Positions 56,290 to 64,000 of a stretch of 64,000 bases of DNA are shown piece after piece. The DNA comes from an uncultured Bacteroidota bacterium. GTDB taxonomy: Bacteria > Bacteroidota > Bacteroidia > JABEUT01. Numbering within the stretch: the stretch's first letter is position 1; the number at the start of each line of letters is the position of its first letter. The DNA is taken from the NCBI GenBank assembly GCA_963767125.1, contig CAVYDB010000020.1:80548-144547 (forward strand), in the 5' to 3' direction. Under the pieces are notes generated by a model, which made no database searches, had not been told where the DNA came from, and was given only the letters and a program-made list of their open reading frames with translations. The translations under genes were made by a program, and so were the position numbers.

Positions 56290-56470
56290 TAGCATCCTCA
56301 GCCCTGATAGGGCGCCCTGTTTATAGGAAATAACATAATCATATATCTTAAAGCTCCATCGGAGCGACCTGTTGAATTATGTATAAGAAAAAACAGGTCG
56401 CTCCGATGGAGTTCAAATTATTCTTCAATTATGTCTTACTACAAACTGAGCGCTCTCATGGAGCTAAGTG
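56290..56470. repeat. Cluster of short intergenic repeats including a perfect 20-bp inverted repeat
   Basis: CTCCATCGGAGCGACCTGTT (56354-56373) and AACAGGTCGCTCCGATGGAG (56392-56411). Flanking related units are CAGCCCTGATAGGGCGCCCTGTTTATAGG and CTACAAACTGAGCGCTCTCATGGAGC. Confidence 0.65.
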
Positions 56471-56516
56471 TGATAAGGTAAATGGAGTAAGCTAAATTTA
56501 AACCCGTAAGGCAAAT

Positions 56517-58178
56517 CTATTTCTTTATCACTGCTTTCTTTTTCTCCTGCCTTTTATTCTTGATATAAAAGTAAACAAAAGAAAGAATTATTATTAATAA
56601 TCCCGGTATTAAATATGACCGGGAAAGCCCTTCGGTATTAACAAAGGTGAAAAAACGCTTCAATCTGAATTTTTTAAAGAAGGGCATATTTTGTTTGAGG
56701 GACATCCATATAAAAGATGCCCTTCCCACAACATGGTCTTCGGAAACAAACCCCCAAAACCTTGAATCAACTGAATTATGACGGTTATCACCCATCATAA
56801 AATAGTAATCCATTTTAAAGGTATAGCTATTGGCGGGTATTCCATTGATATAAATAGCCGCTCCTTTTACATCTAATGTATTATGTTCAAAAGCGGTGAT
56901 AATGCGCTTGTATAAAGGAAGATTAGAAGTATCAAGCCTAACAGTAGCTCCTTTTTTAGGAATCCAGAGGGGACCAAAGTTGTCCACATTCCAGGGGCAG
57001 CGGGGCGAGAATGGGAAAATTTCTTTGGGGTCTCCCATTCCGCTATCCTGCAAATAGGGTTCTACTGAGACAACATTCATATATGATTTTAATTGAGCAA
57101 CACTATTCTTAGTAAGGTTCAGAGCATAGATGTAGGTGTCAGGCTCTCTAAACCCGGAATCCCTGTCATCGGTAATATCAAGTTTTCCATAAACCGAAGG
57201 GTCAAGGGGTTGACCTTTCGTAGTGACAAGATATTTCATTTGTGATTCTTCAGGAACCATATCCTTCTTCCCATTAATATAAACCTGTGCATGCCTAATT
57301 AATAAGGTATCTCCTGCGATTGCAATACAACGCTTGATATAGTTTTCTTCCTGGTCTAAGGGTCTCACAATGATAGAGCCCGGGTATTGAACGCCTGCCA
57401 TAGTTCGGATAGGCTGATTGCCCCATACTGCCTCTTTTCCATATAGGCGGCAGAGGGCGTAATAACTGGGATTATCCATGTTACTGCATACGGTATCTCC
57501 TTCCGGAAAGTTAAATACAACTGCATCGTGCCGTTGAACATTTGTAAAGCCCGGAAGGCGCATATATGGTAACTCCAGCCATTCGAGGTAAGAATTTACA
57601 TTGCCTACAAGGGTGGTATGCGCGAAGGGAAAGGAAATAGGAGTCATAGGTATCCGGGCTCCATAGCTTGCCTTACTTACAAAAAGATAATCGCCTACCA
57701 TAAGAGTCTTTTCTTCTGATGGGGTAGGGATGGTGTACGCTTCAAACGTAAATGTGCGGATGATGGTGGCTGCTATTATTGCAAACACAATAGCCTCCAT
57801 CCATTCATGGGCTACGGATGGTGGTTCTTTCTTCGTTTTATCGGGAACAGGAAACTGGAATTTGCTTTTCCCCCAGCCATAATAAGGCAGAGCCACAAAA
57901 AAGAAAAAACCGGAAACAAGCATTTCCCAGGCTTTCTTTCGCTGGAAGGCGACCCCGGTAATACCTGAAACCACCATAAGCATAATGTACCCAACACCGG
58001 GAATTAGAAAGATAAAAATCCACCACCAGGGTCGTTTAAGGATTTTTAGCCAGATGTAATAATTATAAATAGGGATTAAAGCCTTCCAGCCTTTTTCTCC
58101 TGCTTTTTCAAATATTTTCCACAACCCCACAACGGTTGCGGCTATAATAACCAAAAGAATTGGGGCTACGTGAAACAT
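56517..58178 (-). CDS. lepB: Signal peptidase I with an N-terminal DUF5684-like membrane domain
   Basis: 553 aa. N-part [35 protein letters not shown]26 peptidase boxes [19 protein letters not shown], and [16 protein letters not shown] near the C-terminus. Confidence 0.85.
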   Translation of the reverse strand: MFHVAPILLVIIAATVVGLWKIFEKAGEKGWKALIPIYNYYIWLKILKRPWWWIFIFLIPGVGYIMLMVVSGITGVAFQRKKAWEMLVSGFFFFVALPYYGWGKSKFQFPVPDKTKKEPPSVAHEWMEAIVFAIIAATIIRTFTFEAYTIPTPSEEKTLMVGDYLFVSKASYGARIPMTPISFPFAHTTLVGNVNSYLEWLELPYMRLPGFTNVQRHDAVVFNFPEGDTVCSNMDNPSYYALCRLYGKEAVWGNQPIRTMAGVQYPGSIIVRPLDQEENYIKRCIAIAGDTLLIRHAQVYINGKKDMVPEESQMKYLVTTKGQPLDPSVYGKLDITDDRDSGFREPDTYIYALNLTKNSVAQLKSYMNVVSVEPYLQDSGMGDPKEIFPFSPRCPWNVDNFGPLWIPKKGATVRLDTSNLPLYKRIITAFEHNTLDVKGAAIYINGIPANSYTFKMDYYFMMGDNRHNSVDSRFWGFVSEDHVVGRASFIWMSLKQNMPFFKKFRLKRFFTFVNTEGLSRSYLIPGLLIIILSFVYFYIKNKRQEKKKAVIKK

Positions 58179-58295
58179 GAGTTTATTGGGATATGGGTCA
58201 AAGATAATGGTTTATATAACTATGAGAGATGAACCATGAACTATGTATTCTTTTATTAACAAAGTTTAAGGAATTTTCTTTTGACTTTAGTTGCC

Positions 58296-60419
58296 TTAAT
58301 ACGTCCCACTCCATTTGCGGATAAACCACTCTGCACTTACAAGGATAAGAAGTAGAAAGAACACCCATTTCATATCTATAAGAGGGGCATAAGAAGTATG
58401 GGTATAAATAACCGGTTTGATGTCTTCTTTGCTGTCAATCAATTTGGGCAAATCAGAAATCTGGTTCGAGAAAAGCATTTTACCACCGTGTTCTTTGGCA
58501 AGTTGGTAAAGGAGTTGGTGGTCTGCCACCGTATTTGTAGCTTCCACTTGTACGGGGGTAACGGTAAATTCACCTTTGGAGGTATAAACCTGGGTTCCCT
58601 GTTTCACCTGTGCTGAATAATGATAAACACCTGCCTGCAATTGTCCTGCATTCAAATGGTAAGCATTGGAGGTACGGCTGAAAGTGTAAGAGAAATTTTT
58701 CCCCTCACTATTGGTAATAACCATACTTACTTCGGGGTCGTTTACAAGTTGATAGCTGGGGTTGTACAAGTCAGCGTCCATTTCAACCGGCTCATCTTCT
58801 TTAAAGCTATTGGGCGCATGTATCCGGAAGAAATTCTTATCCTCTTTTACAGCAAGATATTGCACCATTTTATTAATCAGTTCATCAAAAAAGTGGTTGT
58901 TCTTATGGTCGGCATAATCTTTCAGCCTCCAGCGGAAAATACCTTCTCCCGATATTACACAACTCTTTTCACTACCTGTAACATTGAATGCAATAAGAGG
59001 ATAATTAGTAGTTACACTTTGTATTTTTTGATAACAAAGCACATTCAGTGAAGGGCTTGAAGTATAATTTCCAAAAGGAGCAGAAAGTGCAGGCAACTGG
59101 CTAAAGTAATTGCGCAAATCATCATTCAGTGTGAATAGGGAAAAATCTTTGGCGAGAGCAGGTTCCGCATCACTGCTGTTATCTCCCTGCGAAGTAATTT
59201 TGAATCCGGCATTGAGTTTGTTAAATGCCTGTATATCCGATTCGCTTCCCAAGATATACATCACCGGAATACCCAGCCCTATAGTATTTTTTAGCAACTC
59301 AGGAATTCCTTTGGCAGAAGATGGCAGTTGGTTTAGTATAACCAACGAATATTTATTTAACTCACCCGTAAATTTTTCCGGGGTGAATGATTGGGCTTCA
59401 AACCCGTCGCTGCTGTTAATGCACTCTGCAATGGCTGCCACGTCCGGATGTGGATTGGAAAGAATAAGCACTTTTTGCTTTTGGTCAAGCACACGGATAT
59501 ATACGTCCTTGCGGTTATTGGTAAGGTTTTCCTCTCCTTCTACCGGGATGAGTTTTACTATATAATGTTTCAGCCCCGGGCTATTGGCATTCAGTTGCAC
59601 GGGTATGCTCTGGTGAAAAGCCGGTAAGCTAAAACTAAGCGGTTTGGTAAATAGAGACTCTTCTTTCCCGTCCTGCATTTCTGTAACGGTAAGGGTAGAT
59701 GATTTGCCTTGCAATTTGGTAGCATCTATGGTGATTTGCAAAGGAAAACTATTCCCTAAAAAGGCAGTGGGATTATTCTCAACCTTGGTAACAACTGCAT
59801 CTATTTTTACAGTAGTATCGCCTAAAGCAACTGTAAATACCCCGCAATTAAACTGCCTTGCGGCATAAACAGGGTTGTAGCCTTTATTGTAAATGCCATC
59901 GCTGGAAAGGATAATGGCTCCGAGGTTCTTACCATAATACCGCTGTGTCAGTTCCTGGAAAAGGGAAGAAATGTCAGTTTCTTTTTCATCGTATCGGTAA
60001 TTCATGGTATCGCGTGGCCGCTCTCCAAACGACATCACACGCACATCGTATTTGGAAGACATATCATTGATTATCTTATTCCAGTCCTTTGGGAACTCAT
60101 TTTTATAAAAGCCAGAATCCTTACCGGTAACAATAGATGCTGAATTATCTTCCGCAATAATAATAATGGGTTTTTCGACCGTATTTTTGGTACTCCTGAT
60201 TAAAGGGGCAAGAAAAAGAAAAACCAATAGCGTAACTAATACAAACCTGAATCCCGCAGCCAGCCAGCGTAATAAAGGAGTAAGGCTTGCAGTTTTTTTA
60301 TCTTTATAATAAAAGGCAAAGGCGTATGCCCCGCCCAATAAAGAACAGAGCAGCAAAGCCCAATCAGAATATGCAATGTTGAATGACAAAACTTTTGTGA
60401 AAGTTGCAAAAGTAGTCAT
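58296..60419 (-). CDS. Conserved membrane-anchored protein of unknown function (two N-terminal TM helices, one C-terminal)
   Basis: 707 aa, intact. N-terminal helices (WALLLCSLLGGAYAFAFYY, FRFVLVTLLVFLFLAPLI), then IIIAEDNSASI (VWA/ThuA-like start), and a C-terminal anchor WVFFLLLILVSAEWFIRKW. Confidence 0.65.
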   Translation of the reverse strand: MTTFATFTKVLSFNIAYSDWALLLCSLLGGAYAFAFYYKDKKTASLTPLLRWLAAGFRFVLVTLLVFLFLAPLIRSTKNTVEKPIIIIAEDNSASIVTGKDSGFYKNEFPKDWNKIINDMSSKYDVRVMSFGERPRDTMNYRYDEKETDISSLFQELTQRYYGKNLGAIILSSDGIYNKGYNPVYAARQFNCGVFTVALGDTTVKIDAVVTKVENNPTAFLGNSFPLQITIDATKLQGKSSTLTVTEMQDGKEESLFTKPLSFSLPAFHQSIPVQLNANSPGLKHYIVKLIPVEGEENLTNNRKDVYIRVLDQKQKVLILSNPHPDVAAIAECINSSDGFEAQSFTPEKFTGELNKYSLVILNQLPSSAKGIPELLKNTIGLGIPVMYILGSESDIQAFNKLNAGFKITSQGDNSSDAEPALAKDFSLFTLNDDLRNYFSQLPALSAPFGNYTSSPSLNVLCYQKIQSVTTNYPLIAFNVTGSEKSCVISGEGIFRWRLKDYADHKNNHFFDELINKMVQYLAVKEDKNFFRIHAPNSFKEDEPVEMDADLYNPSYQLVNDPEVSMVITNSEGKNFSYTFSRTSNAYHLNAGQLQAGVYHYSAQVKQGTQVYTSKGEFTVTPVQVEATNTVADHQLLYQLAKEHGGKMLFSNQISDLPKLIDSKEDIKPVIYTHTSYAPLIDMKWVFFLLLILVSAEWFIRKWSGTY

Positions 60420-60624
60420 TTACCCTAACCTTTCCTTCCCAAAATGGGAAGGCAGACTATCGGCATCTTAAATGAGCATGGTCTGAGTTCAGAATTTATA
60501 ATAATTCTCGAAGTTAGATTATTTTCAATCTATCGGCTTAATTCTCTTAAATTAAGTTGAATGAGCATTGCGGGAATTCCAGCTATATTCTGAATTGTAT
60601 ATTTTTACCCTTTTGCAGCGTTGT

Positions 60625-61104
60625 ATGAAGAAGAAATTCCTATATCTTGCATGTGGTCTTTTTTGCTCTTATCACTGCTTTGGGCAACATCCTTTGCAGA
60701 AAAAATGCGACACCATTTTTTTGCGTAACGGGAAAAAACTTGTAGGAAGAGTTACCCAAATTGAAGAGTTTGTCCATTATCAGCAGCAAAGTGATACTAC
60801 TATTTATCACCGTATTGGCTCATGGAGGATTAGTTATATACGCAATGGGGCAGGAAAAAAGTTCTTCTTACCCCTTCCTGAAAGATATTCCACAACTTTA
60901 CGTCAGCATCCTCTTACATCGCCTTTAGACAAGGATACCATTGTATTGAAAAGAGGGAAAGTGCTGGTTGGAAAAATCAATAAAGTGGATGAGTATATTC
61001 ATTATACGATGGCAAACGATAAGAAAAATGGATATAAGGTTGGTATTTGGAAAGTGGAACACATAAAATATGCCAATGGCAAAGTGATATATACAAAGGA
61101 TTAA
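60625..61104 (+). CDS. Small lipoprotein with an internal two-fold duplication
   Basis: Start at MKKKFLYLACGLFCSYHCFG; the track ORF starts at 60568. Repeats are DTIFLRNGKKLVGRVTQIEEFVHYQQ...WRISYIRNGAGK and DTIVLKRGKVLVGKINKVDEYIHYTM...WKVEHIKYANGK. Confidence 0.6.
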   Translation: MKKKFLYLACGLFCSYHCFGQHPLQKKCDTIFLRNGKKLVGRVTQIEEFVHYQQQSDTTIYHRIGSWRISYIRNGAGKKFFLPLPERYSTTLRQHPLTSPLDKDTIVLKRGKVLVGKINKVDEYIHYTMANDKKNGYKVGIWKVEHIKYANGKVIYTKD

Positions 61105-61256
61105 AGAGAATGTATATCAGAGATACTACTGCTATGTTAATAGAAAGAAGCAATTCGGAATGTATACAATGTATTACAAATCAATATATTGCAATCTTAT
61201 AAGATTGTTAGTATTTTGAAGATGAGGTGCTTATGTCTATAATTTTGTTTATATAA

Positions 61257-61415
61257 ATGCCACGCATTTGCATAACACTTTATATGTCACTCCGGGAAAA
61301 GTATATAATATGTCTGTAACAAATCGGCATCCTGAGTATTAAGCATCAAATATCGCATTCAAAAAAGCATCTGGAAATGTGTCATAAGAGCTTTTCAGAA
61401 TTTAGGGAAAAAGTG
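61257..61415 (+). ncRNA. Unclassified ~165-nt noncoding element, copy 2
   Basis: See 42161..42330. It lies between convergent genes (60625..61104 + and fabG -). Confidence 0.4.
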
Positions 61416-61445
61416 GAGATAAATTGGCTTTTCAATTCATCATTT

Positions 61446-62192
61446 CTAAGTAAGCATTCCCCCGCATACCTGAATTACCTGCCCGGTAATGTAACTTGAC
61501 ATACCGGAAGCGAGAAAAACCACGGCATTAGCCACATCATCGGGCGTTCCGCCCCGTTTAAGCGGGATGCCTTCTCTCCATTGGGCAACTACTTTTTCAT
61601 CTAAACCCGCAGTCATTTCGGTTTCGATAAAGCCCGGAGCGACAGCATTACAGCGTATGTTGCGTGAACCTAATTCCAGCGCTACAGATTTAGTAAAGCC
61701 AATTATGCCAGCCTTAGAAGCTGCGTAGTTGGTTTGCCCACCGTTTCCCCTTATGCCTACCACCGAAGTAAGATTTATAATTGAGCCTTTACGTTCCTTG
61801 AGCATAGGGCGCTGTATGGCTTTGGTCATATTGAATACCGATTTCAGGTTGGCTTTAATTACCACATCAAATTGCTCTTCACTCATGCGCATAAGCAAGC
61901 CGTCCTTAGTGATGCCGGCATTATTTACCAAAATATCAATCTTTCCAAATTCAGCGAGGACGTCATTTACTAATTGCTCCGCGGCTTTATGGTCTGATGC
62001 GTCGGAATGATAGGCTTTTGCTTTCACGCCTTTAGCTTGCAGTTCTGCTTCCAGTTCTTTAGCTTTCGTTTCAGAAGATAGATAGGTGAAAGCCACATTG
62101 GCTCCATTTTCTGCCAGCAAACGGGCTATGGCAGTTCCTATTCCCCGGGAAGCCCCGGTTACTATAGCGGTTTGATTTTCTAATAGTTTCAT
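61446..62192 (-). CDS. fabG: 3-oxoacyl-[acyl-carrier-protein] reductase
   Basis: Start at MKLLENQTAIVTGASRGIG (ATG 62190-62192). NNAG motif, catalytic S...YAASK, PGFIETEM. 248 aa. Confidence 0.9.
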   Translation of the reverse strand: MKLLENQTAIVTGASRGIGTAIARLLAENGANVAFTYLSSETKAKELEAELQAKGVKAKAYHSDASDHKAAEQLVNDVLAEFGKIDILVNNAGITKDGLLMRMSEEQFDVVIKANLKSVFNMTKAIQRPMLKERKGSIINLTSVVGIRGNGGQTNYAASKAGIIGFTKSVALELGSRNIRCNAVAPGFIETEMTAGLDEKVVAQWREGIPLKRGGTPDDVANAVVFLASGMSSYITGQVIQVCGGMLT

Positions 62193-62275
62193 ATATTCAA
62201 TATTAGTTGAAGTGTGCGAATTTATTGATTCCCCGGAAGATGACCATTTGATTCCCAAAGATTATTAAAATTTGT

Positions 62276-62283
62276 TAAGTTTG
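62276..62283 (+). promoter_or_regulatory. -7 box TAAGTTTG
   Basis: TAnnTTTG match 36 nt upstream of the ATG at 62319. Confidence 0.35.
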
Positions 62284-62318
62284 CCGCCCATTAACCAAAA
62301 CAAAAATACCCTTTCCCT

Positions 62319-63167
62319 ATGAAAAAGACGTTTTTAATCTTGTTTGCTTCCGGTTTCGGCTTCTTTGCTTCTGCCCAATCTTTCGATGTTGGATTGAGGG
62401 GGGGAGCTGCAAGTACCTGGCTGTTGAATCAAAATGTTTCCAATGCCGGTACCGATGAAGATTATGTATCCTCTATTTCTGCCGATTACGGGCTGCACCT
62501 CGGGCTTAATTTTGCCGGTGGCACAGGTATTGAATTGGAAGTTATTTCTGAATCTTTCCAACAAAAATATAAAGGAACCTTTGTGAACCCTCCCGGGTAT
62601 ATTAATGTTAGCACCAGTGGCGTAGCAATACCGATAGTGTATCAAAACAAGGAAACCTATACTGCCACAACTCAAATTGATGAAATTAAAATTCCTTTAT
62701 TGTTTCATTATGAAGCAAAAGGCGGATTAAGCTTAGAAGTAGGTCCTGAATTTGCCAGTATTTCCAGTGCTACTTATACAGCTAACTTTACCGGTGAGCC
62801 AACCGGGTTAGGCTCATTTGCACCTGCCACGCTTCCTGTTAATACAAAAAGCGATTTTGCTTCCAGCAATATCTGTGCCGTAATTGGTTTTGGATGGAAT
62901 GTAAAACTTTCAGAGCATTTTTATTTGCTTACCGACCTTCGTTTTGAATACGGGTTAACTGATTTAATAGGAAGTGACGGACATGGACAAGATTTAAACA
63001 AGAGCTATGTACCAACCAATGGAAGCAGTTTATACCAATCTAAAACCCCTTCAAGCGGACAATATACGTATGCCAGTTATTATGCAACACATTCTTTGGA
63101 GGGTAGCTTGAACATAGGGTTGTTTTACCGCATACCTATGGGTTCAAGCGGACATAGTAAAATGTAA
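62319..63167 (+). CDS. Porin-family outer-membrane beta-barrel protein
   Basis: 282 aa. Signal peptide MKKTFLILFASGFGFFASAQ, amphipathic strands (GLRGGAASTWLL, YGLHLGLNF, FGWNVKL, LTDLRFEYGLTDL), and terminal ...LNIGLFYRIP. Confidence 0.7.
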   Translation: MKKTFLILFASGFGFFASAQSFDVGLRGGAASTWLLNQNVSNAGTDEDYVSSISADYGLHLGLNFAGGTGIELEVISESFQQKYKGTFVNPPGYINVSTSGVAIPIVYQNKETYTATTQIDEIKIPLLFHYEAKGGLSLEVGPEFASISSATYTANFTGEPTGLGSFAPATLPVNTKSDFASSNICAVIGFGWNVKLSEHFYLLTDLRFEYGLTDLIGSDGHGQDLNKSYVPTNGSSLYQSKTPSSGQYTYASYYATHSLEGSLNIGLFYRIPMGSSGHSKM

Positions 63168-63169
63168 TT

Positions 63170-64000
63170 TTAAATAGCTTCTGCTACTATAAAGGTACTT
63201 CCGCCAATAAATACAAGGTCTTTTTGATCTGCATTATTCTGAGCCGCTTTTACAGCTTCTGCAACGGAGCTAAAAGCGGCTCCTTTTATTCCAAAACCTG
63301 ATGCTATTTCTGCCAGTTCATTTTCATCTAAGGAACGGGGTATGGCGGCTTTGCAGAAATAATAGGTCGCATCTTTAGGAAGAAGCTTTAGAACCGTAGA
63401 TGGGTCTTTATCTTTCACCACCCCAAAAACAACATGAAGGTTTCGATATGGAATCGTTTTTAATTGTGCTATCACTTCCTTTATTCCTGCTTCATTATGC
63501 CCTGTATCGGCAATAGTGAGAGGAACAGTACTAAGAGTTTGCCACCTGCCAAGCAACCCCGTTTGAGACACTACATTGGCTATTCCCTGCCGGATATGTT
63601 CCTCACGTATAGCGTAGCCCGACTCTCTTAGCCTGTCAACAGCACAAAGTACAGTTGCTATATTTTTTAGTTGATATAATCCCGGCAATTCTGAATGCAG
63701 CTTTTCCAGGTAAATTTTATCTTTTTTCAGAACATCAACGGATAGATAAGTGCCACTATTATCGGTACTATATTCAGGACAAATAACAGAATAAATCCCA
63801 TCGGCAAAACTCATAGATGAATTACATTCTTCCGCCTTTTTAATAAATACCCGCTTGGTTTCCACCTTTGTTTCCCCTATTACAACGGGTACGTTTGGCT
63901 TGATAATCCCCGCTTTTTCAAACGCAATTTTTTCAAGTGTATCACCTAAAATTGCCACATGGTCGAAACTGATATTGGTGATAACTGAAAGTATGGGCGT
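63170..64000 (-). CDS. folC: Folylpolyglutamate synthase / dihydrofolate synthase, C-terminal two thirds (5' end beyond the window)
   Basis: The frame stays open to nt 64000 (…TPILSVITNISFDHVAILGDTLEKIAFEKAGIIKPNVPVVIGE…), the Mur-ligase-family motif ITNI..DH...LG.T...IA.EKAGI.K. The C-domain includes DTGHNEAG. Confidence 0.85.
   Translation of the reverse strand, partial: TPILSVITNISFDHVAILGDTLEKIAFEKAGIIKPNVPVVIGETKVETKRVFIKKAEECNSSMSFADGIYSVICPEYSTDNSGTYLSVDVLKKDKIYLEKLHSELPGLYQLKNIATVLCAVDRLRESGYAIREEHIRQGIANVVSQTGLLGRWQTLSTVPLTIADTGHNEAGIKEVIAQLKTIPYRNLHVVFGVVKDKDPSTVLKLLPKDATYYFCKAAIPRSLDENELAEIASGFGIKGAAFSSVAEAVKAAQNNADQKDLVFIGGSTFIVAEAI

Overview
Chromosomal window from a Bacteroidota genome, possibly Chitinophagia/Sphingobacteriia-like. 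Support: TAnnTTTG -7 boxes 19-35 nt upstream of many starts, T9SS C-terminal sorting domains, porin-family OM barrels, and split pntAA/pntAB/pntB. It holds about 60 genes, mostly housekeeping (uvrC, pntAA/AB/B, yidC, atpBEFHAG, lpdA, ybeY, plsC, purF, rplS, lepB, fabG, folC) mixed with envelope and secreted proteins, plus one tRNA-Ser(CGA). Stand-out observations follow. (1) 11.3-17.0 kb holds a tandemly duplicated two-gene secreted-protein module. The T9SS-sorted partner genes are about 99 percent identical, while the large Gly/Tyr-rich genes share only their ends and carry different cores. (2) 39.5-42.0 kb is a strongly AT-rich insertion next to the atp operon. It carries a compact stand-alone SF1 UvrD-like helicase flanked by toxin-antitoxin debris (an antitoxin with a truncated toxin stub, and an orphan VbhA-like ORF) and is bracketed by inverted copies of an intergenic repeat family. 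This is the best candidate for an undescribed defence-type locus. (3) Single-base indels are densely clustered in pnt, yidC, the whole atp cluster, a DUF4175-like giant gene, purF, an Smr gene and rplS, while neighbouring long genes are intact. Assembly error is more likely than real decay, but this needs checking. (4) There are several families of short palindromic or heptameric intergenic repeats. One pair sits in frame inside a T9SS sorting domain. A roughly 165-nt noncoding element is present twice. I saw no rRNA, CRISPR array, transposase, integrase or reverse transcriptase.
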